From an uncultured Holophaga sp. (GTDB lineage: Bacteria > Acidobacteriota > Holophagae > Holophagales > Holophagaceae), in the NCBI GenBank assembly GCA_963664825.1, contig OY761614.1, positions 1,408,710 through 1,472,709 on the forward strand: a DNA stretch of 64,000 nt, in the 5' to 3' direction. The translations under genes and the position numbers were made by a program. Shown here one piece after another: positions 24,591 through 35,327 of this stretch. Position 1 is the first letter of the stretch, and the number at the start of each line of letters is the position of its first letter. The notes under the pieces were generated by a model. It did not search any database. It worked only from the letters and a program-made list of their open reading frames with translations, and was not told the origin of the DNA.

Positions 24591-26426
24591 ATGACCAATC
24601 TCTACCGCTTCTTCCGGGAACACCTTCGCGCCAACCTACCCCTCATCGCCTTGGGCTCCTTTCTCATGCTCCTGGCAGGGCTTTGCCAAGGCGCCCTGCT
24701 CTTCAGCCTCCAGTTTGTGTTCAAGAACCTGGGAGTGAACAGCTCGGAATTGCTCAACCACGCGGCATCCCAGGCTGTGCGGGCACCAGGGCATCTAGAC
24801 TTTGCCATGCGGGCCAAGGACGGGCTGATGAACCTCCTGCCCAGCCAGTCCTTCCTGGCCAGGGATGCCTATTTCGTTCCGGCCATGCTCCTGGTCATAT
24901 TTATTCTCAAGGGCATCTTCACCTACAGCGGCACCATGCTGATGGTTCGTTCGGGGTTGAAGGCGACGCTGGCCTTGCGCGCCCGGCTGTTCAGCCGAAT
25001 CCTGGACCAGGAGCCCGCCTTCTTCCAGAGGCACCCTGTCGGGGAGTTGCTCACTCGCTGCATCGGAGATGTTGGTGCCGTCCAGGGTATCGCTTCGAAC
25101 CAATTCGCCGCCGCCATACAGGAAATTATGCTGGCACTCGGCCTGTTCCTCACGGCGATGTACATGTTCCCCGGCCTCACCCTCGCAATCCTGGTGCTCG
25201 TTCCATTGGTGGTCTTTCCCATCAAAGCCCTCAGCCAGAGGATCCGCAAGATCAACCACCGCAACATGGAGGCTTCCAGCCGCCTCCTGCAGCGCATGAA
25301 GGAGGCTTTCGGAAATATCCGGGTGGTCATCGGATTCGCCCGAGAGGACTACGAGGTCGGGCGGTTCCACGGGATGAACCAGGAGTTGTACCGCCTTGGG
25401 ATGAAGAGCGCCCGAACTTCGGCCCTTTCCCATCCAATCATCGAGATCCTGGGAGGCTTCCTGATTGGCGGGCTCCTGGTCTACGCCACCCTCGGCATCC
25501 ATGCCGGGCGGATAGATGGCGCAAAATTTTTCTCCTACCTCATCGCCATCTTCAATTTCTACGAACCCATTCGCCGACTCACCAAACTCAACAACGAAGT
25601 GCAGGTGGCCCAAGCCAGTCTGGACCGCGTTTACACCATGCTTGACCGTCAACCGGAACTGCTGGGCCCCGCTCATCCCACGCCAGTTCCTGTCCAACCC
25701 GAGTCCATCCGCCTGGAGGGCGTCCATTTCTCGTACGACGACAAGCACCAGGTCCTGCGAGGCATCGATCTGGAGGTCCATCGGGGCGAGACGGTGGCTC
25801 TAGTGGGCGGCAGCGGGGGGGGAAAGACCACCCTGGTCAACCTGGTGCCGCGCTTCTTCGATCCCACGGAAGGTCGACTCACCCTGGATGGCATTGATCT
25901 GCGCCAATTCGATCCCCGCGAACTGCGGCGGCGCATCGGCATCGTGAACCAGGAGACGCTGCTCTTCATGGATTCCATCCACGACAATATCGCCTACGGC
26001 AAGGACGCCACCCGGGAGGCGGTGGTGGAAGCCGCCAAGCGGGCCCACGCCCACGACTTCATTTCGGCCCTCCCCAAGGGCTACGACACGCCCCTGGCGG
26101 AGACGGGCTCCAGCGTGAGCGGAGGTCAGCGCCAGCGCCTGGCCATCGCGCGGGCGCTGCTGCAGGATCCGCCGATCCTCATCCTGGACGAGGCCACTTC
26201 AGCGCTGGATACCGAGAGCGAGCGGGCGGTGCAGCTGGCCCTGGAAACCCTCATGCAGGATCGGACCACCCTGGTCATCGCCCACCGCCTCTCCACCATC
26301 CAGCGGGCCACCCGCATCTGCGTCCTCAAGCAGGGCCAAGTGGCCGAACAGGGGAGCCACGAGCAACTGCTTGCCCTGGGGGGCGAATACGCGCGGCTCC
26401 ACCGCCTTCAGTTCGCGGAAGCCTGA
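24591..26426 (+). CDS. ABC transporter, fused permease/ATPase (MsbA-like lipid exporter family)
   Basis: 611 aa. Six-TM N-terminal half. Walker A GGSGGGKTT, signature VSGGQRQRLAIARAL, Walker B ILILDEATSALD. Confidence 0.85.
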   Translation: MTNLYRFFREHLRANLPLIALGSFLMLLAGLCQGALLFSLQFVFKNLGVNSSELLNHAASQAVRAPGHLDFAMRAKDGLMNLLPSQSFLARDAYFVPAMLLVIFILKGIFTYSGTMLMVRSGLKATLALRARLFSRILDQEPAFFQRHPVGELLTRCIGDVGAVQGIASNQFAAAIQEIMLALGLFLTAMYMFPGLTLAILVLVPLVVFPIKALSQRIRKINHRNMEASSRLLQRMKEAFGNIRVVIGFAREDYEVGRFHGMNQELYRLGMKSARTSALSHPIIEILGGFLIGGLLVYATLGIHAGRIDGAKFFSYLIAIFNFYEPIRRLTKLNNEVQVAQASLDRVYTMLDRQPELLGPAHPTPVPVQPESIRLEGVHFSYDDKHQVLRGIDLEVHRGETVALVGGSGGGKTTLVNLVPRFFDPTEGRLTLDGIDLRQFDPRELRRRIGIVNQETLLFMDSIHDNIAYGKDATREAVVEAAKRAHAHDFISALPKGYDTPLAETGSSVSGGQRQRLAIARALLQDPPILILDEATSALDTESERAVQLALETLMQDRTTLVIAHRLSTIQRATRICVLKQGQVAEQGSHEQLLALGGEYARLHRLQFAEA

Positions 26427-27490
26427 TGAAGCGGACTGATTTCTCCTTCGAACTGCCCGAGGAACTCATCGCCCAGCACCCGGCGGCGGAGCGCGATGGG
26501 GCCCGCCTGCTGGTGGTGGACGCCCAGGCCCGCACCCTGCGCCACGCCACCATCCGCGATCTGCCGGATTTCATCCCGGCCCGGACCCTCTGCGTGCCCA
26601 ACGATGTGAAGGTGCGCCATGCGAGGCTTCTCCTGCGAAGATCCGGAGGCGGGGCAGGGGAGGCTCTCCTGCTCCGCGCCTTTCCGGATGGTTCCTTCGA
26701 AGCCCTGGTGCGCCCCGGCGTGAAGCTGAAGCCCGGGAAGACGACCACCGTCCTGGATCCCGCCAGCGGCGAGGCCATGGCCACCTGCCTGATCGAGGAC
26801 ACCCTCGAGGAGGGCCTTCGTCGGATCCGCATCCAACGCGATGGCAAGGACCTGGATTGGGACGCCGTGGACGCCATCGGCCGCCTGCCGCTGCCTCCCT
26901 ACATCCATCACGCCCCGGAGGGCGAAGACGAGACCCGCTACCAGACGTCTTTCCACGCAGCCGAAGGCGAGGCCGTGGCAGCACCCACGGCGGGCCTGCA
27001 CTTCACGCCCGAACTCATCGCGCGCCTGGAGGCCAAGGATTGTCTCTGGCGTCCCGTGCGCCTCCATGTGGGCCTCGGCACCTTCCGGCCCATGACGGCG
27101 GAAAATCTCGAAGACCACCCCATGCATGAGGAACGCTTCGAGATCCCCGAGGCCACGGCCACCCTGCTGGAGGCCCTGCTGGTGGAGCGCGACCGCGGCC
27201 TCCTCTCCATCGGCACCACGAGCCTGCGCACCCTGGAGGGTTCCTGGGATGGCGCGCATCTGCGGCGGAGCGGTGCCACGCGGATCTTCATCAAGCCCGG
27301 TCACACCCTGCGCACAGCCGATCACCTGCTCACCAATTTCCATCTGCCCGAGAGCACGCTCTTCGTGCTGGTCTGTGCCCTGCTGGGCCAGGATTTCGCC
27401 AAGGAGGCCTATTCGGAGGCCGTGCGGGAACGGTACCGATTCTTCTCCTATGGCGATGCCATGCTGATCCTCAACGCGCGAAAGCCCTGA
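26426..27490 (+). CDS. queA: S-adenosylmethionine:tRNA ribosyltransferase-isomerase
   Basis: 354 aa. MKRTDFSFELPEELIAQHPAAERDGARLLVV..., LPLPPYI, AAPTAGLHFT and GTTSLRTLE are QueA motifs. Confidence 0.9.
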   Translation: MKRTDFSFELPEELIAQHPAAERDGARLLVVDAQARTLRHATIRDLPDFIPARTLCVPNDVKVRHARLLLRRSGGGAGEALLLRAFPDGSFEALVRPGVKLKPGKTTTVLDPASGEAMATCLIEDTLEEGLRRIRIQRDGKDLDWDAVDAIGRLPLPPYIHHAPEGEDETRYQTSFHAAEGEAVAAPTAGLHFTPELIARLEAKDCLWRPVRLHVGLGTFRPMTAENLEDHPMHEERFEIPEATATLLEALLVERDRGLLSIGTTSLRTLEGSWDGAHLRRSGATRIFIKPGHTLRTADHLLTNFHLPESTLFVLVCALLGQDFAKEAYSEAVRERYRFFSYGDAMLILNARKP

Positions 27491-28276
27491 TCACCGCACC
27501 AGCAGAACGCCCGCGAGGAGAACCATGACCACGGCGAAGATCCTCTGGAGGCGCGGGCCCGCGATGCGCGTGGCCATCCTCGCGCCACCGAGAGCGCCGG
27601 CCTGGAAGCCCAGGGCCAGGCCAATGAGCACGATCCACGGAAAGAAGGCCTGGGAGCGGGCGTAGACGATGACGCCCGGCAGGCCCACCGGCGGCAGCAT
27701 GACGGCGATGCTGGCGAGCTGGGCCTCGTGCTGAGGCAGCTTGAGCCAGATCACCAGCAGCGGAATCATCACCACACCGCCTCCGAGGCCCAGCATCCCG
27801 GCGAAGAGTCCCCCCAGCAGACCGATGGCGAGTCCCGGCGCCCATCGCGGCGGTGGCAGCGGCTGGGTATCGCCTTTGGGCGCCTCTGGCTTTTGCAGGA
27901 ATGTGCGGGCCGCGAGCAGCAGCAGGAAGCATACGAAGCCGATGCGGAGAGGGCCCTCGGGGATCCGGTTGGCGATCTTCGCCCCCATCCAAACACCCGG
28001 GAGAAAGGCTACCATGAGGGCTCCCACCAGGGGCCAGTGGATGGGAATGCCCCGGTGGCGGAAGTGGAGCACGGCCGGTAGCCCATTGGGCAGCAGCATG
28101 GCCGCCAGGGTGACCCCTTGAGCCTGATGCTGGTTCAACCCCAGCAAAACGGCCAGCAACGGGATGAGGACGATGCCTCCGCCCACGCCGAAGAGCCCGG
28201 AGAGTGCGCCCCCACCTAGACCGGCCGCCATGCCCGCGAAGAACTGAAAGGTGGGGAGGAGGGGGCCGACCATCAT
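27491..28276 (-). CDS. TauE/SafE-family anion exporter membrane protein
   Basis: 261 aa, polytopic, with Gly-rich repeats (GLFGVGGGIVLIPLL and GMLGLGGGVVMIPLL) typical of TauE/SafE. Confidence 0.7.
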   Translation of the reverse strand: MMVGPLLPTFQFFAGMAAGLGGGALSGLFGVGGGIVLIPLLAVLLGLNQHQAQGVTLAAMLLPNGLPAVLHFRHRGIPIHWPLVGALMVAFLPGVWMGAKIANRIPEGPLRIGFVCFLLLLAARTFLQKPEAPKGDTQPLPPPRWAPGLAIGLLGGLFAGMLGLGGGVVMIPLLVIWLKLPQHEAQLASIAVMLPPVGLPGVIVYARSQAFFPWIVLIGLALGFQAGALGGARMATRIAGPRLQRIFAVVMVLLAGVLLVR

Positions 28277-28324
28277 CGAAGTTTACCCGGCTCCATGTTC
28301 CAATGGATGGGAATGGAATGACCC

Positions 28325-29110
28325 ATGCAGATCAACTTTTCCGATGATGTGATCCTCGATAGCCGCCGGGCCGTCATCCTGCCCAAGCAGGAGACGCTCG
28401 TCATCTCTGATCTCTTCCTGGGCCTGGGTGCCGGGCGGAGGAAACGCCCCGATGTCATCCCGGCAGGGCAGCACAGCGATCTCTGGGAACGCCTCTTCGG
28501 CCTCATCTCCGACTACCAGCCCAAGCGCATCGCCCTATTGGGAGATGTGAAGCCTGCTCAAGGGAACGTGGAGGGCGAGGAGGCCGAGGAACTGCGCAAT
28601 CTCTTCCGCAAACTCCAGGGTCCCGGCCGCGAAGTGGTGCAGATCGTGGGCCATCCCGAACGCAGCTGGGGACCGGCCCTGGAAGGCACCGATGTGCAGC
28701 CCGTGGACACCTACCGGGTGGGCAATCACACACTGATGCACCGTCGACGCATTTTCGTCTACCCGCGCCACGACCCGCCCCAGGGCTTCTGGATCAACGG
28801 CGGCCTCCATCCCCTCTTCGCCGTGCCCCTGGCCGGTCCCGATGGCCAGGAGGAGTTCCTGCGCTATCCAGCCTTCCTCTACACGGGCTTCGCCCTGGTG
28901 ATGCCGCCCTTCGTGAGCTACGCCCAAGGCTGGGAGGTCATGCAGCCCGAGCGGTTACCCCGCCAGGCCCGGGCCTGGAAGGTGCTCGGAGACCACCAGA
29001 TCACTCCAGTGGAGCTGCCCGCCCTGCCCCCCATCCCGGAGGCCCTGCGCACACTGGCTCGTCCCGCCAGCCGACGCAGGCCCGATCCCAAGGGCAATCC
29101 CGAGGCTTAG
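28325..29110 (+). CDS. metallophosphoesterase, PdeM-like (ligase-associated DNA damage response endonuclease family)
   Basis: 261 aa. AVILPKQETLVISDLFLG....IPAGQ...L.RL..LI..YQPKRIALLGDVKP resembles the PdeM N-terminal pattern. By-eye call only. Confidence 0.45.
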   Translation: MQINFSDDVILDSRRAVILPKQETLVISDLFLGLGAGRRKRPDVIPAGQHSDLWERLFGLISDYQPKRIALLGDVKPAQGNVEGEEAEELRNLFRKLQGPGREVVQIVGHPERSWGPALEGTDVQPVDTYRVGNHTLMHRRRIFVYPRHDPPQGFWINGGLHPLFAVPLAGPDGQEEFLRYPAFLYTGFALVMPPFVSYAQGWEVMQPERLPRQARAWKVLGDHQITPVELPALPPIPEALRTLARPASRRRPDPKGNPEA

Positions 29111-29113
29111 GGC

Positions 29114-29629
29114 TTACTTCCTGCGGGCCTTCCGGGCCTTGAGGCTTTCCTTCGGAAGCGGCGCGCCGCCTGTGAGGCCGCCGCCCTCCTTGAACTGCAG
29201 GTCCCAACCGATGCGCTCACCCACCTTGAGTTTCAGGCGCCGCACCGTGCCGACAGGGAATTCCACGAAATGGCGGGAGAGGACCTTGCCGCCGTAATTG
29301 GGGATATCCATCTCGGAACCCCGGAACATCATCGAGAGGGGAGGGGCGTTCTCCTTGATCTCCACCACCGTGCCATCGGCCTTCACCCACACCACATCCA
29401 GGGCGATGAGGCAGTTTTTCATCCAAATCGCGTGGTAGCTGTCCTCGTCATAGACGAAGAACATGCAGCGATCCTGCGCCAGGTTGGTGCGATACATCAA
29501 TCCCCTGGCCCGCTCCTGGTCCGTCCGGGCCACTTCAGCCAGGAAGCGCTGTCCCTTGACGCCGACGGAGCCTCCATCGGTCTGGTTGGGGTTGAGGGCG
29601 AGCAGGAGGCTCAAGAGGAAGGCATGCAT
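29114..29629 (-). CDS. DUF192 domain protein (secreted)
   Basis: 171 aa with a signal peptide. RARGLMYRTNLAQDRCMFFVYDEDSYHAIWMKNCLIALDVVWVKADGTVVEI matches the DUF192/COG1430 pattern. Confidence 0.7.
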   Translation of the reverse strand: MHAFLLSLLLALNPNQTDGGSVGVKGQRFLAEVARTDQERARGLMYRTNLAQDRCMFFVYDEDSYHAIWMKNCLIALDVVWVKADGTVVEIKENAPPLSMMFRGSEMDIPNYGGKVLSRHFVEFPVGTVRRLKLKVGERIGWDLQFKEGGGLTGGAPLPKESLKARKARRK

Positions 29630-29740
29630 GGCAGCTCCAGCGGATATCCAATCTTAGCGGAGCAGGTCCTCCTGGGCCGAAGATACCTCAAGTAAGGTGG
29701 TAAGCTGGAGCCCCGGCGACCCGGTTCCGACGGCTTCCTG

Positions 29741-32176
29741 ATGCTCCGCCACCCAGCTCTGCCCCTTTGTCTGGCCCTCTGCCTCTCCACCCAAGGGTTT
29801 GGAAATTCCCTGAGGGCCCTGCGCATCGCCACGCCCATCCGGATGGATGGTCGGCTCTCGGAAGCCGTCTGGGAGCGCGCCGAAGCCGCCACGGGCTTCA
29901 CCGTATCCTGGCCTGAATTCGGCAAGGAAGCAGGCCTGCCCACGGAAGTGAAGGTCCTCTACGATAGCAACTTCATCTATGTGGGCGCCCGGATGCACCA
30001 TCCCAAGGGCCAGGCCAAAGTCATCCGGCGCCTGCATCGCCGCGACCAGGACAGCTCCAGCGACTGGTTCACGGTGTACGTGGACAGCCTCAGGGACCGC
30101 CGCTCGGCCCTGGCCTTCGCCGTGAACGCCAGCGGCGTCCAGCGGGATGCCATCCACTCCGAGGACAGCGGCTCCGGGGATACCAGCTGGGATGGCGTCT
30201 GGGAGAGTTCCGTCTCGGTGGATCGCGATGGCTGGACCGCCAAGCTCAAGATCCCCCTTTCCCTCCTGCGGATCCGCCCCGGGCGCGAGGCCCAAGCCTG
30301 GGGCATCAACTTCAGCCGCTCCGATCAGGGGCCTGTGCGGGAAACGAGCTACTGGGAGCTCCCCCCCCGGGGGGAGAACGCCTTCGTGAGTCGCTTCCCG
30401 GAACTCACGGGCATCGAAGGCATCCGCCCTCAGCTCCGCCGCGAATGGGTGCCCTATGTGAGCCTGGAGCGGAAGTTCGAGACGACCCGGTCCTACGATG
30501 ACCGCACCTGGACGCCTCATGCGGGCTTCGATGCCCATTTGGGCCTCACGAGCAACTCCCAGCTGGATCTATCCCTGCGGCCGGACTTCGGACAGGTAGA
30601 GGTGGACCAGGCCGTCCTGAACCTGGGCACCTATGAGACCTACCTGACGGAAAAACGCCCCTTCTTCCTGGAAGGCATGGAGATCTTCCATGTGGCCGGC
30701 AATACCCTCCTCTACAGCCGACGCATCGGCCAGGGCCTTGCGGACCCGGACTTGAACCCCGGGGAGACCCTCACCGATAGGCCTCAGGCTACTGATATCA
30801 ACGGAGCCGCAAAATATACGGCCAAGCTGGAAGGCGGACTCAGCCTGGGCGTGCTGGGAGCCTCCGTGGCCCAGGCTAAGGCCACCCTTCGGGATGCTTC
30901 TGGCGATACCTTCCAACGGGAGATCTACCCCCTCACCAACTACGGGCTCCTGCGGGTACAGCAGACGCTGGGGGAGGGTGGGAGCTATGTGGGGGGCTTC
31001 GGTTCCTTCATGCGCCAGGCCAGTGTCGATGGCCGGGAGGCCCAGGTCCAGGCCCTGGATACGGTCCTCAAGAGCCGCGACCGCAGCACCACCGCGGAAT
31101 TCACCCTGGCCCGCAGCCAGGCGGGCACACGGGAGCCCGGAGATCAGGAGGAGGGCTACCGGGGGCGGTTCCGCCTGAATCGCCAATGGCATTCCGGATG
31201 GACCCTGGAATTCCAGGCCATCAACGCTTCTCATACCTTCAATCCCAACGACATGGGCTACCTGAGCCGGGCCGACGAACAGCGCACCTACCTGGGCATC
31301 GATCGGCGCTGGGACGGGAGCTTCGGCATCTTCCGCAACCCGGAGTGGCAGCTGGAGACCTCCCTGGCTCGGGATCAGGCGGGCCATGTATTCCAGCGCT
31401 ACATAGGGGCCTATGCCCGCACGGATTTCACCAATTTCTTCAGCACCTGGGTCAATGCCAGCCTGGATCTACCGGTCGACGACGACCGGGAACTGAGGAC
31501 CTTCGAGGATCCGGTGAAGAAGTATCTCCGCACGGATCGGATCCCCTCCCTCAACCTGGGTTTTGACACTCCCGGCAACCGCCCCTGGTACCTGCGCCTC
31601 GGAATCAGCCGGGCCTGGTACGAAGGGGGGCCCACCACGGACATGAGCCTGTACCAGTCCATCAAGCTGAATTCCGCCATCGAAGTGCAGCTCAGCAGCA
31701 CCACCACCCGCACCGAGGGGGAGCGGAAATACGTCACCCCCCCCGATGACACACCAGATGGCACAGCCCCCGTAACGGGCCTGCGCCGCCTGGGCGAGTT
31801 CGACCAGACCCTGCGCATCTCGTACGCCCTGAGTCCCTCCTTCAGCGTCCAGTTCTTCAGCCAATGGCTGGACGCCAACTGGGCCTTCCGGGACCTCAAA
31901 CACTACCTGGATGACCGCACACTGGCGCCGGGACTTCCAGATGGCATGGTCAATCCCCAGGACGCCTACAGCAACCGGGTCTGGAACCTGAACCTCATCA
32001 CCCGTTGGGAATTTAGGCCAGGCAGCGCCTTCTTCCTGGTATATACCCATGGGGTCGACACCGATGCGCTCATCAATAGCCGGGCCAGCCTCAGTCCCCG
32101 CCCAGATCTCGCCATCCTGCGCCATCTGCCCAGTGATGACGCCATCCAGATGAAACTCAGCTGGCTATTCCGCTGA
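29741..32176 (+). CDS. CBM9-like + DUF5916 outer-membrane/secreted protein
   Basis: 811 aa with a signal peptide. N-terminal IRMDGRLSEAVWERAEAATGFTVSWPEFGKEAGLPTEVKVLYDSNFIYVGARM is the carbohydrate-binding family 9-like block. The long beta-rich C-terminus ends in an aromatic residue (SWLFR). Confidence 0.6.
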   Translation: MLRHPALPLCLALCLSTQGFGNSLRALRIATPIRMDGRLSEAVWERAEAATGFTVSWPEFGKEAGLPTEVKVLYDSNFIYVGARMHHPKGQAKVIRRLHRRDQDSSSDWFTVYVDSLRDRRSALAFAVNASGVQRDAIHSEDSGSGDTSWDGVWESSVSVDRDGWTAKLKIPLSLLRIRPGREAQAWGINFSRSDQGPVRETSYWELPPRGENAFVSRFPELTGIEGIRPQLRREWVPYVSLERKFETTRSYDDRTWTPHAGFDAHLGLTSNSQLDLSLRPDFGQVEVDQAVLNLGTYETYLTEKRPFFLEGMEIFHVAGNTLLYSRRIGQGLADPDLNPGETLTDRPQATDINGAAKYTAKLEGGLSLGVLGASVAQAKATLRDASGDTFQREIYPLTNYGLLRVQQTLGEGGSYVGGFGSFMRQASVDGREAQVQALDTVLKSRDRSTTAEFTLARSQAGTREPGDQEEGYRGRFRLNRQWHSGWTLEFQAINASHTFNPNDMGYLSRADEQRTYLGIDRRWDGSFGIFRNPEWQLETSLARDQAGHVFQRYIGAYARTDFTNFFSTWVNASLDLPVDDDRELRTFEDPVKKYLRTDRIPSLNLGFDTPGNRPWYLRLGISRAWYEGGPTTDMSLYQSIKLNSAIEVQLSSTTTRTEGERKYVTPPDDTPDGTAPVTGLRRLGEFDQTLRISYALSPSFSVQFFSQWLDANWAFRDLKHYLDDRTLAPGLPDGMVNPQDAYSNRVWNLNLITRWEFRPGSAFFLVYTHGVDTDALINSRASLSPRPDLAILRHLPSDDAIQMKLSWLFR

Positions 32177-33374
32177 GCCATTCCGCCAGGCGCGAGATAT
32201 CCCCCTCTTCATGCCAGCCATGGAAGGCGATGCGCAGGTAGCCCTCGCGCGTGGAGGCGTAGATCCCGCGGTTCACGCCCTGGTCCAGGAGCTGCTGCAG
32301 GGCCTGGGGGCCGCGATCGCCGTGATGCAGGGCCAGGATGGGCCCCAGGCGCCCCCGCTCCAGCAGATCCCGGAGCCGGTAAGCCTCCTCCCGCCAGGCG
32401 GGCACGCCCCTGAGAGAGGCCAGGAATTGGTCCTGCATCTGCCATACATGGGCGGCGATGGCCTCCACGCCCACCCCCCGCAGCAGTTCGAGGGATTCCC
32501 CCAACCCCTTGCAGGCCATGAGATTGGGTGAACCCGGTTCCAGGCGACGCCCATCCTCCAGCCAGGCCCGGTCGTGGTCCGTGGAGGCTCGGGAGAAATC
32601 GGTGCCCCCTTCCACCGAGAGCCAGGTGCCCGTGGGGGTGAGCAGGGGTCGGAAATCCGGATGGGTCCACAGGAAACCGAGGCCCTGGGGGGCCAAGAGC
32701 CCCTTGTGTCCACCCGTGGAGAAGGCGCTCACATGCTGGAGATCAGGCAAGCCTGTGCCCGCGCCCTGGATGCCATCGACCACCAGGAAGACACCCCGCT
32801 CCGCGCAGGCCGCGCCTAGCCTGGCCAGATCAAGCTTGAGGCCATCCTGGAAGCGCACCCAGGAAAGGGCCACCATGCGCGTCCTCAGCCCCAGGGACTT
32901 CAGGATGCGGGCCTCGAAGTCCTCGTTCGTGGGCGGAGGGGCACTCTCCCAGGCCTGGGCACCCGCCCGCTGGCCCTTCCAGAGGGCGACCTCCCGGAAG
33001 GAGACGCCTCTCGATTCCAGGGCCTTCCAGGGGTAGACATTGCTGGGAAATTCCCCCAGGGGCACCAGCACCTCGTCCCCGGCCCGCCAGGGATAGGCCT
33101 GGGCGATGGTGACTAGCCCCGAGGAGGTCGTGGGTGTCAGGCTGAGATCCTCGGCACGGCATCCCAGCACGGCAGCTCCGGCCAGGCGGGTCGCCTCCGG
33201 AATACCCAGGCAATCCTCCTTCCACTGGACCTCCCAGGGCAGCAGCTCCTTGTGGAGCCAATCCCGCACGCCCTTGACTACGGCCCTGGGTACAGGGCCC
33301 TCGGAACAGTGCATCACCCAGAGATGGAAGGGATCCAGATGGAAGAGACCCGGGTTGAGGGGGGGAACGCTCAT
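32157..33374 (-). CDS. class V aminotransferase-fold PLP enzyme (cysteine desulfurase / epimerase-like)
   Basis: Track ORF 32157..33467 trimmed to the ATG at 33374 (ATGA overlap with the thyX stop). [11 protein letters not shown]...[21 protein letters not shown] contains the PLP-lysine motif. Confidence 0.7.
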   Translation of the reverse strand: MSVPPLNPGLFHLDPFHLWVMHCSEGPVPRAVVKGVRDWLHKELLPWEVQWKEDCLGIPEATRLAGAAVLGCRAEDLSLTPTTSSGLVTIAQAYPWRAGDEVLVPLGEFPSNVYPWKALESRGVSFREVALWKGQRAGAQAWESAPPPTNEDFEARILKSLGLRTRMVALSWVRFQDGLKLDLARLGAACAERGVFLVVDGIQGAGTGLPDLQHVSAFSTGGHKGLLAPQGLGFLWTHPDFRPLLTPTGTWLSVEGGTDFSRASTDHDRAWLEDGRRLEPGSPNLMACKGLGESLELLRGVGVEAIAAHVWQMQDQFLASLRGVPAWREEAYRLRDLLERGRLGPILALHHGDRGPQALQQLLDQGVNRGIYASTREGYLRIAFHGWHEEGDISRLAEWLSGIAS

Positions 33375-34051
33375 GCCATGGGCGCCTTCATGAGGGCCTT
33401 CAGGCTTTCGGGAAAGAGGGGCTCGATGAGCTGGCGCACGGCTTCTGCATACTGACGGATCTCCCACTGGGCATGGCCATCCAGGCGCAGATGCAGGAAA
33501 TGGGCCGCGGCCTGGAGACTCACCGTCCAGTAGACCTCCGAGTAGAGTCCCAGGGGCAGGATGCAGCGGGCCTGTTCCCGGCAGACCCCCAGCTCGATCA
33601 GCTTCTTGTATTCGCTCACACTGTTCCGGCAGGCCGCCACGTAGCTTTCACGCGCCTGGGCACGATTGGCTTCGGCGATCTCCCCCTCGCTGCCTTGCTT
33701 ATTAACCTTGGCCTGCTGACGGAAGCTCTCGGGAACGAAGAATTCGTCTTCGGGAAACTCCACGTAGCGGCCGCTGATCTCGTTGAAATCCGAGGCGACC
33801 CGGTGCTTCATCCACTGGCGGAAAACGAAGATGGGCGCCTTCACATGGAAGGTCAAATAGGCGTGGCGGAAGGGCGCCGTGTGCTCATGGGCCGCCAGAT
33901 ACTCCACCAGATCGGCGTCCTTGGCGTCGAAGGCCTCCTTGCGCTTGCCGAAGGAGACCCGCGCCGCGTTCACCACCGTCAGGTCCGTGCCCATGTGATC
34001 GATGAGGCGCACGAAGCCGCGGTCGAGGACGGGGATCGAGGTAGGGGACAT
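33371..34051 (-). CDS. thyX: FAD-dependent thymidylate synthase
   Basis: Track ORF 33371..34708 trimmed to the ATG at 34051 (226 aa). [24 protein letters not shown]..., [34 protein letters not shown] (the RHRxxSxxxxSQRY-type ThyX motif region). Confidence 0.9.
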   Translation of the reverse strand: MSPTSIPVLDRGFVRLIDHMGTDLTVVNAARVSFGKRKEAFDAKDADLVEYLAAHEHTAPFRHAYLTFHVKAPIFVFRQWMKHRVASDFNEISGRYVEFPEDEFFVPESFRQQAKVNKQGSEGEIAEANRAQARESYVAACRNSVSEYKKLIELGVCREQARCILPLGLYSEVYWTVSLQAAAHFLHLRLDGHAQWEIRQYAEAVRQLIEPLFPESLKALMKAPMA

Positions 34052-34120
34052 GGGAGACTCCAGGCTTTCAGCTTTGCGCCCGTCCTGAGAGAATGGAAGG
34101 GTTTCACCAAGGAGACTCCC

Positions 34121-34768
34121 ATGAAGTTCTTTATCGACACCGCCAATATCAACGAGATCAAGCGCATCAACGAATGGGGCATCCTGGATGGCGTTACGAC
34201 CAATCCCAGCCTCATCGCCAAGGAATCCGGCAAGCCCTTCGAGGCGATCATCGAGGAGATCTGCGGCATCGTGGACGGCCCCATCAGCGCCGAGGTCATC
34301 AGCCTGGAGGCCGCGGGCATGATCCTGGAGGGTAAGAAACTGGCCAAGATCCATAAGAACGTGGTCGTCAAGCTCCCCCTCATTCCGGAAGGCCTGAAGG
34401 CCTGCAAGGCCCTCACCGCCGAAGGCATCAAGACCAACGTGACCCTCTGCTTCAGTGCCACCCAGGGCCTCATGGCCGCCAAGGCGGGCGCCACCTATGT
34501 ATCGCCCTTCATCGGCCGCCTGGACGACTGCAACCATGTGGGCATGGAGCTCATTGAGGATCTGGTCAATATCTTCGCCAACTACGACCTGGACACCAAT
34601 GTCCTGGCGGCCTCCATCCGCGGCCCCCGCCACGTCACGGAAGCCGCCCTGGCCGGTGCCCACGTGGCCACCATCCCCACCAAGGTCTTCGATCAGATGA
34701 TCCAGCATCCCCTGACCGATAAAGGCATCGAGGGCTTCATGGCCGATTGGCGGAAGAGCGGCCGCTAG
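34121..34768 (+). CDS. tal: transaldolase type 3B / fructose-6-phosphate aldolase
   Basis: Track ORF 33473..34768 trimmed to the ATG at 34121 (AAGGAG RBS), 215 aa. [32 protein letters not shown]...[32 protein letters not shown]...[11 protein letters not shown]. Confidence 0.9.
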   Translation: MKFFIDTANINEIKRINEWGILDGVTTNPSLIAKESGKPFEAIIEEICGIVDGPISAEVISLEAAGMILEGKKLAKIHKNVVVKLPLIPEGLKACKALTAEGIKTNVTLCFSATQGLMAAKAGATYVSPFIGRLDDCNHVGMELIEDLVNIFANYDLDTNVLAASIRGPRHVTEAALAGAHVATIPTKVFDQMIQHPLTDKGIEGFMADWRKSGR

Positions 34769-34790
34769 AACTTCCTTTTCTCTTTAAAAA

Positions 34791-34822
34791 GCGGGGATCG
34801 GCCATGCCGATTCCCGCTTTTT
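34791..34822 (+). terminator. rho-independent terminator after tal (A-run upstream makes it potentially bidirectional)
   Basis: aaaaa GCGGGGATCGG ccatg CCGATTCCCGC ttttt. 11-bp stem with one G-U pair and a T5 tail at 34818-34822. Confidence 0.8.
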
Positions 34823-34850
34823 AAGCGTATAAATGGCCCCGGAGGATCCC

Positions 34851-35327
34851 ATGACCGCCGAAGCCCGCGCCGAACGCCTTCTCGCCTATGCCCAGGGACC
34901 CGCTCATCTGCGGGAGTGCTTAGTGGCCTGCCCCGAGGAGGCCCTGGATTACCGTCCCGCTCCGGGCAAGTGGACGGTGCGGGAGGTGGTCTTTCACCTG
35001 GCTGAAGCCGAGCTCCAGGGTTATCTGCGGGCCCGCACCATCATGGCTCAGCCCCGCAGCCCGATACCAGCCTATGACCAAGATGCCTGGGCCTCCAGCC
35101 TGGACCCGACCCATCCACTGGAGGAGGCCCTGGAACTCTTCCGACTGCTCCGGGAAATCCTGGCCCGCCAGTTGCGAGGACTCCCAGAATCCGCATGGAG
35201 TCAGTGGGTCCTGCATCCGGAGCGGGGCGAGGTCAGCCTGGAAAGGTGGCTGGAGATCTACGAAAAACACCTGGGGGACCATCTGGCCCAGATCGCCCGC
35301 AACCTGGAAACCTGGAGGCGGCGCTGA
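34851..35327 (+). CDS. DinB-family (DinB_2) metal-dependent protein
   Basis: Track ORF starts at 34833. ATG at 34851 has GGAGGA 6 nt upstream. WTVREVVFHLAEAELQGYLRARTI...EKHLGDHLAQIARNL is the DinB four-helix pattern. Confidence 0.7.
   Translation: MTAEARAERLLAYAQGPAHLRECLVACPEEALDYRPAPGKWTVREVVFHLAEAELQGYLRARTIMAQPRSPIPAYDQDAWASSLDPTHPLEEALELFRLLREILARQLRGLPESAWSQWVLHPERGEVSLERWLEIYEKHLGDHLAQIARNLETWRRR

Noticed and set aside
27488-27493. Back-to-back convergent stops forming TGATCA (queA / tauE), and convergent overlaps at 2059-2065 and 32157-32176
   Set aside because: Real but ordinary consequences of tight gene packing. No structure or motif suggests a function.
33371-34768. Over-extended ORFs 33371..34708 (-) and 33473..34768 (+)
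   Set aside because: Each is a real gene (thyX; transaldolase) plus a long antisense read-through of the other. They were trimmed to 33371-34051 and 34121-34768, both with plausible RBS or coupling.
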